From an uncultured virus (IMG/VR IMGVR_UViG_3300046009_005838) (taxonomy: Duplodnaviria; Heunggongvirae; Uroviricota; Caudoviricetes): a stretch of DNA of 64,000 nucleotides. Positions 46,490 to 55,786 of this stretch are shown piece after piece. The stretch lies in IMG/VR virus record IMGVR_UViG_3300046009_005838. One strand, written 5' to 3'. The notes below the pieces were generated by a model that did no database searches, was not told where the DNA came from, and saw only the letters and a program-made list of their open reading frames with translations. The position numbers and the translations under genes are program-made. Within the stretch, counting starts at the first letter, position 1, and every line of letters starts with the position of its first letter.

Positions 46490-47223
46490 TAGTATCTCGA
46501 TCTGTTACGTGAAACAACGTGAGAATAGTTATACGCCCTAAACATTGCATTGATTTGATCGATATTATTTTGGAACTCAGTTTTCCAGTCAATGCTTCGA
46601 GCGTAGTTCTTCGCGCCCATTGCTTTCCTGTGATAAAGATTATACATCTTTTCATTCTGGTTCATCAGTGCGTACTCGGCACAAACTCTATATACAACTG
46701 CTGGCTTGGTAGTGTCGCTGATCCGAAATACTCCGTCTTCGTCAGTGTTGTATCCAATATAAGCGACCAATACGTGGTCGAAGTTGAATTGAGTGGGATT
46801 GTTGAATTCAAGGTATCCATCATTTATTCTTACAAAACTTGTTGCATCTGCATAATCGCCTGTCATATTCCCTCCGCAAGAATTCAAGAAAGGAATGTTT
46901 GCGTAAATAATAGCACTTGAATAAGTGGTTGGCTTTGCTAATCCGTCTTCTGACGTTTCTTGAACTTCATTGCATATCCGAAACCAAAGGAACTTAGCAC
47001 ACAACGAAGGCAATTCAACTCGGTTATTGCAGACTTTGATCTTGTCAACCTTAGTCACAAAAGAAGATAGTGCACCAATTTCACGAACCGCATTCCAAGC
47101 AAATATCTCCAAGATATCATCATCATCGGAAGTGCTACCGATACGCATACGCTTCTTCGCCTCAGTGATAGCATCGTTGAGGGGAATCATATTGAATACA
47201 CCACCTTTTACCGAAGTTGCCAT
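46489..47223 (-). CDS. tail ring/adaptor protein
   Basis: 244 aa; 'VELP...C', 'AYIGYNTDEDG..RI'; crAss-like synteny upstream of the muzzle. Confidence 0.55.
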   Translation of the reverse strand: MATSVKGGVFNMIPLNDAITEAKKRMRIGSTSDDDDILEIFAWNAVREIGALSSFVTKVDKIKVCNNRVELPSLCAKFLWFRICNEVQETSEDGLAKPTTYSSAIIYANIPFLNSCGGNMTGDYADATSFVRINDGYLEFNNPTQFNFDHVLVAYIGYNTDEDGVFRISDTTKPAVVYRVCAEYALMNQNEKMYNLYHRKAMGAKNYARSIDWKTEFQNNIDQINAMFRAYNYSHVVSRNRSRY

Positions 47224-47879
47224 TATCTCTGAGGTTGTTGTTGGTTATCGTTTCTGCTGTTTGACTTCGAATCAAGCGGACCTTGAATTGTTCTGAAATA
47301 TCTCTTAATGATAATGTCCATCATAAGATCATCCTGATCGGTTGGGAAAGGATATGTGTCGAGGTCAATATTGTATTCTGGAACCAAATAAGGATTCGCG
47401 CAAATCTGACGAACGGCAAAGTTGGTTGCTCCTTTGTTTCTGTAAACCCACCAACATTGTAGAGCGTTATCATAGAAAGCTCTTACCAATCCTGTTCGGC
47501 CAACAATATGATGCGAGTTCATGTCAATCAATTCATTCCTTGAACTTGCAACTCTAAAGCGACCGTTCTTGCTCCAATTCTTTCCGCCAACCCATTCAAT
47601 CCAAGGTTGTCCGTTTGGCTTGTACAATGGTGGAGGACAAAAGAATTTAACTAGACAATCTTCGTCTTGCTCCATTTGGTCATCCGAGAAATACATTTCT
47701 TGGTAAAAAATAGGAGCAACACTTCCGCCACGCATAAGCAATTGATTGATTGCTTCACCTCGCGAAGAATCCCGAATAGAAGAAATGAAGTCCTCTCCAC
47801 GACCTTGCATTTCGTCAGTACGAATGCCGGACGCTGAAAGTACCTTGATTATTCTATCGTTGTATTCAGGACCAGTCAT
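47223..47879 (-). CDS. tail ring/adaptor protein
   Basis: 218 aa; 'ANP...YNIDLDTYPFP'; synteny. Confidence 0.55.
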   Translation of the reverse strand: MTGPEYNDRIIKVLSASGIRTDEMQGRGEDFISSIRDSSRGEAINQLLMRGGSVAPIFYQEMYFSDDQMEQDEDCLVKFFCPPPLYKPNGQPWIEWVGGKNWSKNGRFRVASSRNELIDMNSHHIVGRTGLVRAFYDNALQCWWVYRNKGATNFAVRQICANPYLVPEYNIDLDTYPFPTDQDDLMMDIIIKRYFRTIQGPLDSKSNSRNDNQQQPQR

Positions 47880-48739
47880 CGGTTAATGTTTTCAAGTTGA
47901 ACATTTTGTTGGAAGCTCCTTGGATCCATTCGCTCAGTATCAAATATCTCAACAGCTTTGCCAATTACTTGATACAAGAACTTAGCAGGATAAATAGTTT
48001 CCAAGTCAAATATATCATCAAATTCACCATTAGTTTCCGTAGGAAGCACAGGAGGAATTGAAACGTAGTCAAGGTATATCCGTTCCGCGTTCTGAGGCTG
48101 AATCAAGATTGAGTTGTCAGCAATTTGAATCTTAGGATTTCTGATTGAAGGAGCATCAAGTTTCTGAATCTTTTCATCAGAAAATTGAATCGTGCAATCA
48201 TTCTCCTGAATCATTACCGCTTGCCCTGTCGTTGCCGTTGGTTGAAAGGTCGTAACAACTTCCGTCAAGTCCTTGTCAAGATAAAGACCGTAAGCCAATC
48301 TTCCAATTAGTTTCAGATAAAAGTCACCATTGGCTTCTGCCATTTCTTGAACACCGCTTATGCGAACCTTTGTTCCAGTTCTGTAAGGCAAAACATTCTC
48401 AGCATAAGCCTGAATAGTTCCCGTTCCAGAGTACGTAAACGAACTGAAAGTTCTTTTGATATCCAAATACTCAGCCCTTGCAAAAAGGTAGTGAGCATAA
48501 GAAGGCAATGATGTCGGAATCGAAATGCTACCATTAACGGGCGTTAACGAAACGCGAACCCTAATCATAGAACGAATCTCATCAGTCCATTCTTGATCGA
48601 CTGGGCTTCTGTAAATGCCTTCTAGGGTATGGTAAAAAGACTGCTTATACAACCTTTGTCGTTGCGATGGTGATTGATAAGCGTTGTAGTTCTTATCAAT
48701 TCTCGTCTGGAATATTTTATCAAATTCCCTTGCAGTCAT
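47876..48739 (-). CDS. tail ring/tubular protein
   Basis: 287 aa; 'MTAREFD..FQTRIDK...YLDYVSIPP'; synteny. Confidence 0.55.
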   Translation of the reverse strand: MTAREFDKIFQTRIDKNYNAYQSPSQRQRLYKQSFYHTLEGIYRSPVDQEWTDEIRSMIRVRVSLTPVNGSISIPTSLPSYAHYLFARAEYLDIKRTFSSFTYSGTGTIQAYAENVLPYRTGTKVRISGVQEMAEANGDFYLKLIGRLAYGLYLDKDLTEVVTTFQPTATTGQAVMIQENDCTIQFSDEKIQKLDAPSIRNPKIQIADNSILIQPQNAERIYLDYVSIPPVLPTETNGEFDDIFDLETIYPAKFLYQVIGKAVEIFDTERMDPRSFQQNVQLENINR

Positions 48740-48751
48740 GGTGTAAAAATA

Positions 48752-48782
48752 ATAAAAAAGCCATTCATTTTACCGAATGGCT
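48752..48782 (-). terminator. intrinsic terminator
   Basis: AGCCATTC/GAATGGCT inverted repeat followed by a T-run on the - strand. Confidence 0.75.
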
Positions 48783-48814
48783 CTTAAAATTAGATTTGAA
48801 AAATGTGACTACTG

Positions 48815-49069
48815 TTATTCCTTTTCAGGAGCCTCAGTTATCATCTTGCCCCAATCTTTTACGATGTCCTCCGCAGTTTGAGCTGCAGCACCTCCGTTTG
48901 GTAGTTTTGGAGTTTCTTCCGAAGCCGGTAATTCTTCTGTCGCTTCTTCTGCGACAACTGTTTCAGGAGTTGACTCTGCTGGAGTTTCCGCAGTAGTTTC
49001 GGAAGTCGTTCCTTCCGTTGGTGTCGTAACTTCGGGTTCTTCCGAAGGTGTAGTGGTTTTCTTTGCCAT
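48815..49069 (-). CDS. acidic Thr/Glu/Pro-rich low-complexity protein
   Basis: 84 aa, 'TTPSEEPEVTTPTEGTTSETTAE'. Confidence 0.65.
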   Translation of the reverse strand: MAKKTTTPSEEPEVTTPTEGTTSETTAETPAESTPETVVAEEATEELPASEETPKLPNGGAAAQTAEDIVKDWGKMITEAPEKE

Positions 49070-49080
49070 GAGTGTGAGTG

Positions 49081-50049
49081 TTAAATATCTTCGTCAAGAG
49101 CAGCCCCCGTTTTTGCAACCGATATAGGTGCGCCTTCGTTTGGCTTTTCTGTAATTTTTTTAGAAACTGACTTCTTAGAAGTCGTGTCGATAATGATACT
49201 TTTCTCTGCAAGGTCAGAAACCAATGCATTGAAATCGTATGCCTTCTCCTTCATGTGAGCAATAACACTTTCTTTCTTCCGAGCAATTGGGTTGCCATTG
49301 TATTGGAAGAATCCATCCTCGTTTTTCAAAAGGATGCCAAGTGTAATACCTACATTCACTGCGTAAGTGTACGGATCATTGTAGTCTTGATCGGAAATAA
49401 TTCTTAGGAAATCATTCCCTTTGCTACCATTGCTTACCGACTCATCAATTGCAAACTCAATATCGTCAGCATCCATTCCATAAGGATTAATGCCAAGCAA
49501 GTAAGCAATCTTAGTCAGAACATCTTTGTTGCCAGTAATCGCCTCTAATGCAGTTCCTAACTTACGCTTGAATCTTGCATCGCTGAGAGAAATACTTTGA
49601 ATTTCTTCGTAATCATAATAGCGAAGTGGCTGCAATCTTTGAAGAAGTGCCTCTTTCGCATTTGCTCCGTTTGCGTATTCTCTAGCAAACTGAGTCTTGT
49701 GATTTTCGTGTGGATAAGAATCAATCGCTCCGTCAGGCAATGCGCGACCAACAAGCGGCCATGCCTTATACCAACTGATCAACGCTTCCATTTTCTTTCT
49801 TGGCTCAGGCATCATGTTGTCCTTAATTACAATTTCGTAGAACGGAAATTGAGAATTAAAAACGTGCTGCTTTATTCCAGAAGTAGGCTGATCCGATCCC
49901 GTATGAACTTTGTCAAAGTTATCAACCCAAGTAAATTGAAGTGTTTTGGGATTTTGGTAAGAGCAAAGTTGATAAAGATTCGTGTTCGCTGCCCCATTCG
50001 GCATCAGCTTAAATCGCTTTTCCTTGTTTGTTTTTTCTTGTGAAGACAT
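49081..50049 (-). CDS. conserved capsid-module protein (crAss-like block, function unknown)
   Basis: 322 aa, two genes downstream of the MCP; own promoter. Confidence 0.55.
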   Translation of the reverse strand: MSSQEKTNKEKRFKLMPNGAANTNLYQLCSYQNPKTLQFTWVDNFDKVHTGSDQPTSGIKQHVFNSQFPFYEIVIKDNMMPEPRKKMEALISWYKAWPLVGRALPDGAIDSYPHENHKTQFAREYANGANAKEALLQRLQPLRYYDYEEIQSISLSDARFKRKLGTALEAITGNKDVLTKIAYLLGINPYGMDADDIEFAIDESVSNGSKGNDFLRIISDQDYNDPYTYAVNVGITLGILLKNEDGFFQYNGNPIARKKESVIAHMKEKAYDFNALVSDLAEKSIIIDTTSKKSVSKKITEKPNEGAPISVAKTGAALDEDI

Positions 50050-50070
50050 AGTTTTTTATTTACGATGAAG

Positions 50071-50078
50071 CAAATATA
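50071..50078 (-). promoter_or_regulatory. -7 promoter element TATATTTG
   Basis: CAAATATA on + strand just upstream of the 50049 start. Confidence 0.6.
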
Positions 50079-50081
50079 TAG

Positions 50082-50116
50082 AAAAAAAGAAACCCCATGC
50101 AAATATGCATAGGGCC
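50082..50116 (-). terminator. intrinsic terminator after the capsid genes
   Basis: - strand CCCTATGCA-TATT-TGCATGGGG followed by TTTCTTTTTTT. Confidence 0.7.
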
Positions 50117-50137
50117 TCTTCATCGTAAATCGGAAAC

Positions 50138-50881
50138 TTAGCGTTTCGAAATCAAGTTCGGGTTCGCTGTAAGTAAGCCAGGATTCAAACCATTGAACAC
50201 CTCAGTGATCTTGGTAATCAAAGCAGCAGCATCAGGATCGCCTTCGTTGATTGCATAAGTGAACGTGCGAGCATGTTGCTGAACGATAATTTCAGCACCA
50301 TTGTCCAAGTAATCAAATGCAACAACTGTGTAGTTGTTTGTAGAAAGATAGTTCTCCAAATTCAACGCAGTCATTTGAGCTACTGTATTTTCGCCAACAG
50401 TTCCAGCAGTGCTTGTTGCAACAGTGATGTTTGCACTTGAGCCAACAATTCTTAGCATCGGAGCAGTGGTTGCGCCAGTTGTTGTTACAACAGCAGCAAG
50501 CACAGTTGATGTTCCAAGAATTTGTCCAGCCGTAATGTAAGCATTGATCGCTGTGTTCAACTGAGCCGCCATTGAATTCGCATCACTTCCTACAACAGAA
50601 GTAAGGAAAATTGTTTCGCGGAAAGTTCCACCACCTGGCTGTGGTTGCTCGATCGTAACTGAATACTGTTCACCAACAGCAGCAGGCACGATTGCAGTTA
50701 AAGTTTGCACCCGTCCTACCGGTGCCACGTATGCTTGTATGATTACTGGATTCTGAATGTTCTCATAAAGAAATGAAAACGGTCCAGTAAAAGTTACAAT
50801 GCCATCGGCAGCAGCAAAGTCAGCTCCGGCTGCTGCTACTGCATTTAAACAATATCCGGAGGATGTGAGAGATTGTCCCAT
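50138..50881 (-). CDS. auxiliary capsid/decoration protein
   Basis: 247 aa, Ala/Thr/Val-rich, directly after the MCP and before a terminator. Confidence 0.55.
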   Translation of the reverse strand: MGQSLTSSGYCLNAVAAAGADFAAADGIVTFTGPFSFLYENIQNPVIIQAYVAPVGRVQTLTAIVPAAVGEQYSVTIEQPQPGGGTFRETIFLTSVVGSDANSMAAQLNTAINAYITAGQILGTSTVLAAVVTTTGATTAPMLRIVGSSANITVATSTAGTVGENTVAQMTALNLENYLSTNNYTVVAFDYLDNGAEIIVQQHARTFTYAINEGDPDAAALITKITEVFNGLNPGLLTANPNLISKR

Positions 50882-50909
50882 TTTGTCTTTTGTTTTTGAG
50901 GGTTAGAAA

Positions 50910-52328
50910 TTAACTAATTGGTTCAATCCAAGCACATCCGTATCCTGTACCGTCCATTGCGAACTGGTGCACCATACCGAATTGGCTTGCATCAACAAGG
51001 GTTGAAACCATCAAAGAGTCAGTGTCAAGCATGCTGCCAGAACCAGATTCTCCACGACCGCGGAAAGCGTTACCATCAATACCTTTCAAGATACCCATGT
51101 GGTAAGGCTGATCGCCAAAGTGGTACAATTTGAACTGTGGAGTTGTTCCTCCGTTTGGAGTACGAACAGGAGCATCACACATCAAGAAGCCAGTTAATTG
51201 TCCCAAAGTGAATTGGGTGTATCCTGGAATTGTTGAGTAAGTTCCCAAACCACCATCAAGTGCTTCGTTAAGACGTGGATCAATAACGATTGCAATTGGA
51301 TTTGGAATTCCGTTCACATACCAAAGTGGAATGTTCAAACCTTTCACGTCTTCGCCTGCCCAAGTATTCAAGATACCAGCTTGGCGAATGTATTGTTCGT
51401 TGAAATCGTTAAGGATTTTGAACAAACCTTGTCCGCAGAAAAGAGTGTAGTTGCAACCAACGCCAATGTTCTTGTTCATTGCTTTTGACAAGATCATGTC
51501 GATCTGATCGCGAACAAGTGGAGTGCTGAATCCGAGGTAATCACCACCGCGATTCTTCACGTGCCAACGAACACCACCGTTACGAGAGTATTTGATGCCT
51601 TCGATTTCGAATTCCGCAGCATCACCGAAACGGTAATCCCAATCCACAGAAGCCTCGTGACGAGCAAGCATATCCATTTGGAACGATGTCCACCACTGAC
51701 CATCTTTTGTGAAGACAGTTGGTTGTGAGCCATCAACAGTTACACGAGTTGAAGTCTTCTCGTAACGTGCCACATGGTAGCCTTCACGTTGAATACTCCA
51801 ATAGTTCTCTTGCAATGTTGGGTTCAAGAATCTACGTGCTTTCTGATCCGAAAGTGGAGCAGAGATGTCACCGTGGATACCAACCAATGATCCTACAGGG
51901 AAGTCAGCAGCAGTGAAAGTTCCATTGAATGCAGGCATCAACTTTACGTATCCACCAACACCGTTTTTCACTTCCATTACACGACCAATGCGCTCGAAAG
52001 CGTTTCCGTAGTAAATCAAGTCACCAACACGAGCTGCATCAACTTCCGAATCGAAAGTTAAAACAACTGGAGCGTTAGCAACTGAGCGCGAATTAACGCG
52101 AGCCTGAATGTAATCAAGACCACGTGAAGCAGAGATGATTTTATCAGTGTACAATGCGGTTGAACCGCCAAACTTTCTGTCAACCATGCGGAGCATGTAG
52201 TTGAAGATTGAGGTCTGATTCGAAAGCTGATAAACAACTCCCGGATTCATTTCAGTGTTCAACTGATTCACCAACAAGTTGTCGGCATAATTCAGTGCAC
52301 TGGGATTTGTATTTGGTAATACAGCCAT
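50910..52328 (-). CDS. major capsid protein
   Basis: 472 aa; follows an acidic scaffold-like gene; followed by a decoration-like gene and a strong terminator (crAss-like synteny). Confidence 0.7.
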   Translation of the reverse strand: MAVLPNTNPSALNYADNLLVNQLNTEMNPGVVYQLSNQTSIFNYMLRMVDRKFGGSTALYTDKIISASRGLDYIQARVNSRSVANAPVVLTFDSEVDAARVGDLIYYGNAFERIGRVMEVKNGVGGYVKLMPAFNGTFTAADFPVGSLVGIHGDISAPLSDQKARRFLNPTLQENYWSIQREGYHVARYEKTSTRVTVDGSQPTVFTKDGQWWTSFQMDMLARHEASVDWDYRFGDAAEFEIEGIKYSRNGGVRWHVKNRGGDYLGFSTPLVRDQIDMILSKAMNKNIGVGCNYTLFCGQGLFKILNDFNEQYIRQAGILNTWAGEDVKGLNIPLWYVNGIPNPIAIVIDPRLNEALDGGLGTYSTIPGYTQFTLGQLTGFLMCDAPVRTPNGGTTPQFKLYHFGDQPYHMGILKGIDGNAFRGRGESGSGSMLDTDSLMVSTLVDASQFGMVHQFAMDGTGYGCAWIEPIS

Positions 52329-52345
52329 TTTGCGAGTTTTTAGTA

Positions 52346-53455
52346 TTAATTCATTTTAACAACCGTTGCGCCTTGCAACGATGTGATGTCCCCAGGATTC
52401 GAAGAAATTGTCTTATCCTTGTTTGCGCCTTGCGATGCAGAAGAAGGCAAGCCAACGCCTGGTGCTCCATCCTTTAAGTTTTTCAACTTGAATTTAGCAA
52501 CGGCTCTTTCCTCTATTTTTGCTACGTAAGATTTGATGTCAGAAGCGAAGTGAGCAACCTCAATTGCATGCTTGATGTCAAGAGATTTGTCCGCCTTGAA
52601 TCGGTAGAAATTGTTCGCAAGAGAAGTGTTAATCGCTAACAACTTGTCATCCGTAATCTCATCCACCAACCCAAAGGTTTTCTTCTTGTTTTCTTTCAAC
52701 TCACTGAGAATAGGAAGTACACCTTGTGTATATGTATCCTCCCAAAACTTTTGACCTTTTCTTTGGTCTTCAAGTTTGTCTGCAATAAGTTTATCCTGCA
52801 ATGCTTTTGCGGCCTTCTTACGCTCTTCTTTCAGACGTTTAATTTCAACGGCCTTTGCAAGATCATCCTTATCATCAAATGAGTTGAACCTTTTATCAAA
52901 AGTTCTTTCGAAATCATCTTCCGTCATTTGAATTCCAGCTTGTCTTGCTTCGTCCTGAATTTGAAGTCTGATCAAATCCTCTGCGCCCAAGTGATCTGCC
53001 TCAACACCAAAATAATTTCTTACGAAATCAGATGGGTTAATTTCCACTCCTGCACCAAGAACTTCTTCATACTCGGAAACAGCCTTCATTAAAGGGTTTT
53101 CAAGTTTTGCTTTCAGTTGTTCTATCAGTTGTGCTGCCTCTTGGAATTTGCCTGCAAGTAATTCGTACTCTTTCCTAGAAACTGTTTCTTCGGACGGTGC
53201 TGCCGCAGATGGTGTTGATGGCTTTGAACCTCCACTTGGAGATGCTGCCGAGCCACCTTCTGGATCATCGAAATTGAAGTCATTGTCCTCAAGTTCTGTC
53301 GCTGCTGGTTCTGTCGTTTCCGCTGCGGGTGTCCCACCTTCGGGTTCCGTTTGCGTTGCTTTAGAATCTACTGACGGGGTAGCTAATCCTGTCGGTTGTT
53401 CGTCTGAGTCTGGGTTTCTGTGGATCGTGTACATAATTATTTGTTTGTAGTTCAC
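52346..53455 (-). CDS. capsid scaffolding protein
   Basis: Acidic disordered N-terminus plus coiled coil, directly upstream of the MCP; true start uncertain (GTG 53455 or ATG 53434). Confidence 0.6.
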   Translation of the reverse strand: MNYKQIIMYTIHRNPDSDEQPTGLATPSVDSKATQTEPEGGTPAAETTEPAATELEDNDFNFDDPEGGSAASPSGGSKPSTPSAAAPSEETVSRKEYELLAGKFQEAAQLIEQLKAKLENPLMKAVSEYEEVLGAGVEINPSDFVRNYFGVEADHLGAEDLIRLQIQDEARQAGIQMTEDDFERTFDKRFNSFDDKDDLAKAVEIKRLKEERKKAAKALQDKLIADKLEDQRKGQKFWEDTYTQGVLPILSELKENKKKTFGLVDEITDDKLLAINTSLANNFYRFKADKSLDIKHAIEVAHFASDIKSYVAKIEERAVAKFKLKNLKDGAPGVGLPSSASQGANKDKTISSNPGDITSLQGATVVKMN

Positions 53456-53521
53456 AAAATTCAGAATGAATTATATATTTGTGTAGAAAATATATTTGCC
53501 AACTATAACATGAACTACAAA
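53444..53521. repeat. 11-bp perfect inverted repeat around a divergent promoter region
   Basis: TTTGTAGTTCA (53444-53454) / TGAACTACAAA (53511-53521), enclosing two TATATTTG boxes (53474-53481, 53491-53498). Confidence 0.65.
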
Positions 53522-54292
53522 AAGATACATTTCTCAAACTCACAGCATTACAGACAGAAACTCGAAGAAAATCTTCCTATAATCTCCAAGTCTTTCAAGG
53601 TAATAATTGGTGAAAATATTCGGGAAGCGCGGGAAACATTCTTCAAGACAACCGCTTGGGAGGCTTCGAAGCGAATGCAAATGTCCCAAATTGAATCCGT
53701 AACTGGCGTTTCTACGGTGACAATATCTGCCATCGAAAAGGGAGAAGGCAACTTTACATTGGATAGCATAATCCGAGTTTGTTCCTACTTCGATATCCCA
53801 ATAAATTATATGTGCGTTTCAGGTGGCTTTAAGAAATACCACGAGGCACAAACGGCTGTCGGAACGAAGCAGAGAAAGGAGGCAATGAAAAAAGTTGAAA
53901 AGATGCATGAGAACGCTCAGTGGAAGGTGACGTTTTTCTTTTGGGAAAATGGAATCCCAACCATTCAGCTTCCAAATGGAAAGAAAAAGACTTTTGAAAA
54001 CGGAACCACGCTTTACATCTCAGGAGCAAGCAATTTGAAACACTTTGCCGTTACGTTCTATAAAGACGAGCAAGGTCACGAAATGATCTACCACGACCTA
54101 ATAAATGATATTGATTTCTGGGCAAAGGGAATGAAAGAGCCACTTAAACTTTCGAACGAAGGAATTGAGTCGCCTAATTGCTCAAGCTGCTTGGTAATGT
54201 CTAGGAAAGAAAATATCGTAAGCAAGATTGCTGACGTTCGCCTCTATGTGCCTTCGCTAAAACAATACAGTCAAGGTGCAACGGTGCTCTAG
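53510..54292 (+). CDS. XRE-family HTH transcriptional regulator with C-terminal extension (start revised to ATG 53510)
   Basis: 'IGENIREARE...MSQIESVTGVSTVTISAIEKGEGNFTLDSIIRVCSYFDI'. Confidence 0.8.
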   Translation: MNYKKIHFSNSQHYRQKLEENLPIISKSFKVIIGENIREARETFFKTTAWEASKRMQMSQIESVTGVSTVTISAIEKGEGNFTLDSIIRVCSYFDIPINYMCVSGGFKKYHEAQTAVGTKQRKEAMKKVEKMHENAQWKVTFFFWENGIPTIQLPNGKKKTFENGTTLYISGASNLKHFAVTFYKDEQGHEMIYHDLINDIDFWAKGMKEPLKLSNEGIESPNCSSCLVMSRKENIVSKIADVRLYVPSLKQYSQGATVL

Positions 54293-54814
54293 TTCGTTAC
54301 CGTTAGCAATATAAACTACGCGGCAAACGTAAACATCTTCTTGAACCATTGTGCCAAGGTAAGTTCCATTCCACGGAGTCGGACTGTCGTGAACAAGTTC
54401 GCCCCAACGATTCCAAATCTCAACGGATTTAATGTAAACATTCTCGTACTTCGGAAACCAAGTTGGATTTTCCTTATCTTCGTTTGGCGTAAATGTATTC
54501 GGGAAATAGATTGTCCAATACGGGCAGTCTTCAACTAAAATAAATGCCTGTCCAAATGTTTCGCATCCGTTATTATCGGTGACTTTGTACTCGATTTGAA
54601 TTGCTCCCGTTTCTGAAATGATGAGCGATATCCTGTTATCATCCTCATAAACGCTGCCATCGAAGTCAGAGAACCAGTTAATAACATAGTTACCATTGCC
54701 CATATCCAAGGCAACATTGACAAGTAAACTATCATCGCAAAGTTGTTTATTTAATACAGCCTGACCGTTTGCTGCAAAAGTGAACAACAGAATAAGTAGG
54801 CTTGCTAGTTTCAT
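54257..54814 (-). CDS. T9SS type-B CTD (gliding motility-associated C-terminal domain) protein
   Basis: Signal peptide ending ANG|Q; short Ig-like part 'VTDNNGC'; 'IYFPNTFTPNEDKEN..W.P...IWNRWGELV...WNGTY.G..VQEDVYV' is the CHU_C/TIGR04131 signature. Confidence 0.85.
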   Translation of the reverse strand: MKLASLLILLFTFAANGQAVLNKQLCDDSLLVNVALDMGNGNYVINWFSDFDGSVYEDDNRISLIISETGAIQIEYKVTDNNGCETFGQAFILVEDCPYWTIYFPNTFTPNEDKENPTWFPKYENVYIKSVEIWNRWGELVHDSPTPWNGTYLGTMVQEDVYVCRVVYIANGNELEHRCTLTVLF

Positions 54815-54818
54815 AATA

Positions 54819-54826
54819 CAAAGATA
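54819..54826 (-). promoter_or_regulatory. -7 promoter element TATCTTTG (near-leaderless transcript of the CTD gene)
   Basis: CAAAGATA on + strand, ending 4 nt before the ATG. Confidence 0.55.
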
Positions 54827-54827
54827 T

Positions 54828-54860
54828 AAAAACTAAGCCCGTCCAAATCGAACGGGCTTA
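54828..54860 (-). terminator. intrinsic terminator
   Basis: TAAGCCCGT/ACGGGCTTA 9-bp stem followed by GTTTTT on the - strand. Confidence 0.75.
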
Positions 54861-54926
54861 TGTTCTCCAAACATGGTGCGCTGCCACATTTTAAGAACCG
54901 TCCGGTATCTCATCCGGAAATTATTG

Positions 54927-55172
54927 TTAGCAATTCCAACGCTTTCGCGCTGCAATCCCCCTTTCACCCTTCCACCCAGAGGATCTTGCGCAAAAAGATT
55001 TCTTCCGCCCTTTGTCGGCATCAGTCTTAGGGTTTGGGGCTGGCGCCTTGAGGTCGCTTCCCGTTTCACGATTATATTTCGCGCGGCCCTTGGCTGTTAA
55101 TCCAGCACCTTTGCTCACCGGAAGTTTTTCTCCACGACCAACTGATAGACTGACTTTCTTCTTGGTTACCAT
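54927..55172 (-). CDS. small basic conserved phage protein (DUF6321-like)
   Basis: 'GAGLTAKGRAKYNRETGSDLKAP...RKKSFCARS...ARKRWNC'. Confidence 0.7.
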   Translation of the reverse strand: MVTKKKVSLSVGRGEKLPVSKGAGLTAKGRAKYNRETGSDLKAPAPNPKTDADKGRKKSFCARSSGWKGERGIAARKRWNC

Positions 55173-55543
55173 TACTTCATCATTCTTTGCATTGGCTCGG
55201 TCTTTCCTTCGCCAGTGTATTTTTTCGTAGAAGGTGTTTTTAATCGAGGTTTTTGCATTGGAACACTTTCAGCTTTATAGTTTTTTGTAGAAGGCATTTT
55301 GGGCTTTGAAGAAGAATAGGTCACTTTTGTAAGCTGCGACTTTGTTCCTGATGGAGAGATTTTCTCAGGGTAAGCGGTTCTTGTCGTATCTCTTGATGTT
55401 GATACTGTTGTCATTTTCTTTTCAAGAGTTGCGCTTCTTTTTGGAGATGAAGGCTTGGATGACATTGATTGCTTTGGAACGCTTGCCTTAACCGCTTTTG
55501 ATGCAGCATTTACCAATGGCATTTTTTTCTTTTCGTTTTGCAT
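55172..55543 (-). CDS. Lys/Ser/Pro-rich basic protein
   Basis: 123 aa, low complexity, internal repeat 'PSTK(N/K)Y'. Confidence 0.6.
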   Translation of the reverse strand: MQNEKKKMPLVNAASKAVKASVPKQSMSSKPSSPKRSATLEKKMTTVSTSRDTTRTAYPEKISPSGTKSQLTKVTYSSSKPKMPSTKNYKAESVPMQKPRLKTPSTKKYTGEGKTEPMQRMMK

Positions 55544-55577
55544 TATTTCTTGTTTTTTGTGTTTAAAAATGTCATTG

Positions 55578-55748
55578 TTATTTTTTCTTAGCCTTACCCT
55601 TCATCATTGATACAGCTTTCTTTCCGTATTCCTTCATCATTTCTTTAGGATTGCTTTTTTCACGCTTCTCGTGCTTCTTCATTTCTGACTTTGAGCCATA
55701 CTTCTCGCCAGTCTTTTTTTCCGTGATTACTTTCTTGCCGTATGCCAT
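55578..55748 (-). CDS. 56-aa Lys-rich peptide (not in ORF track)
   Basis: MAYGKKVITEKKTGEKYGSKSEMKKHEKRE...GKAKKK; -7 box TACCTTTG at 55775-55782. Confidence 0.65.
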   Translation of the reverse strand: MAYGKKVITEKKTGEKYGSKSEMKKHEKREKSNPKEMMKEYGKKAVSMMKGKAKKK

Positions 55749-55786
55749 GATTTCTTGGTTCTTATGTTATTTGTCAAAGGTAAAAA

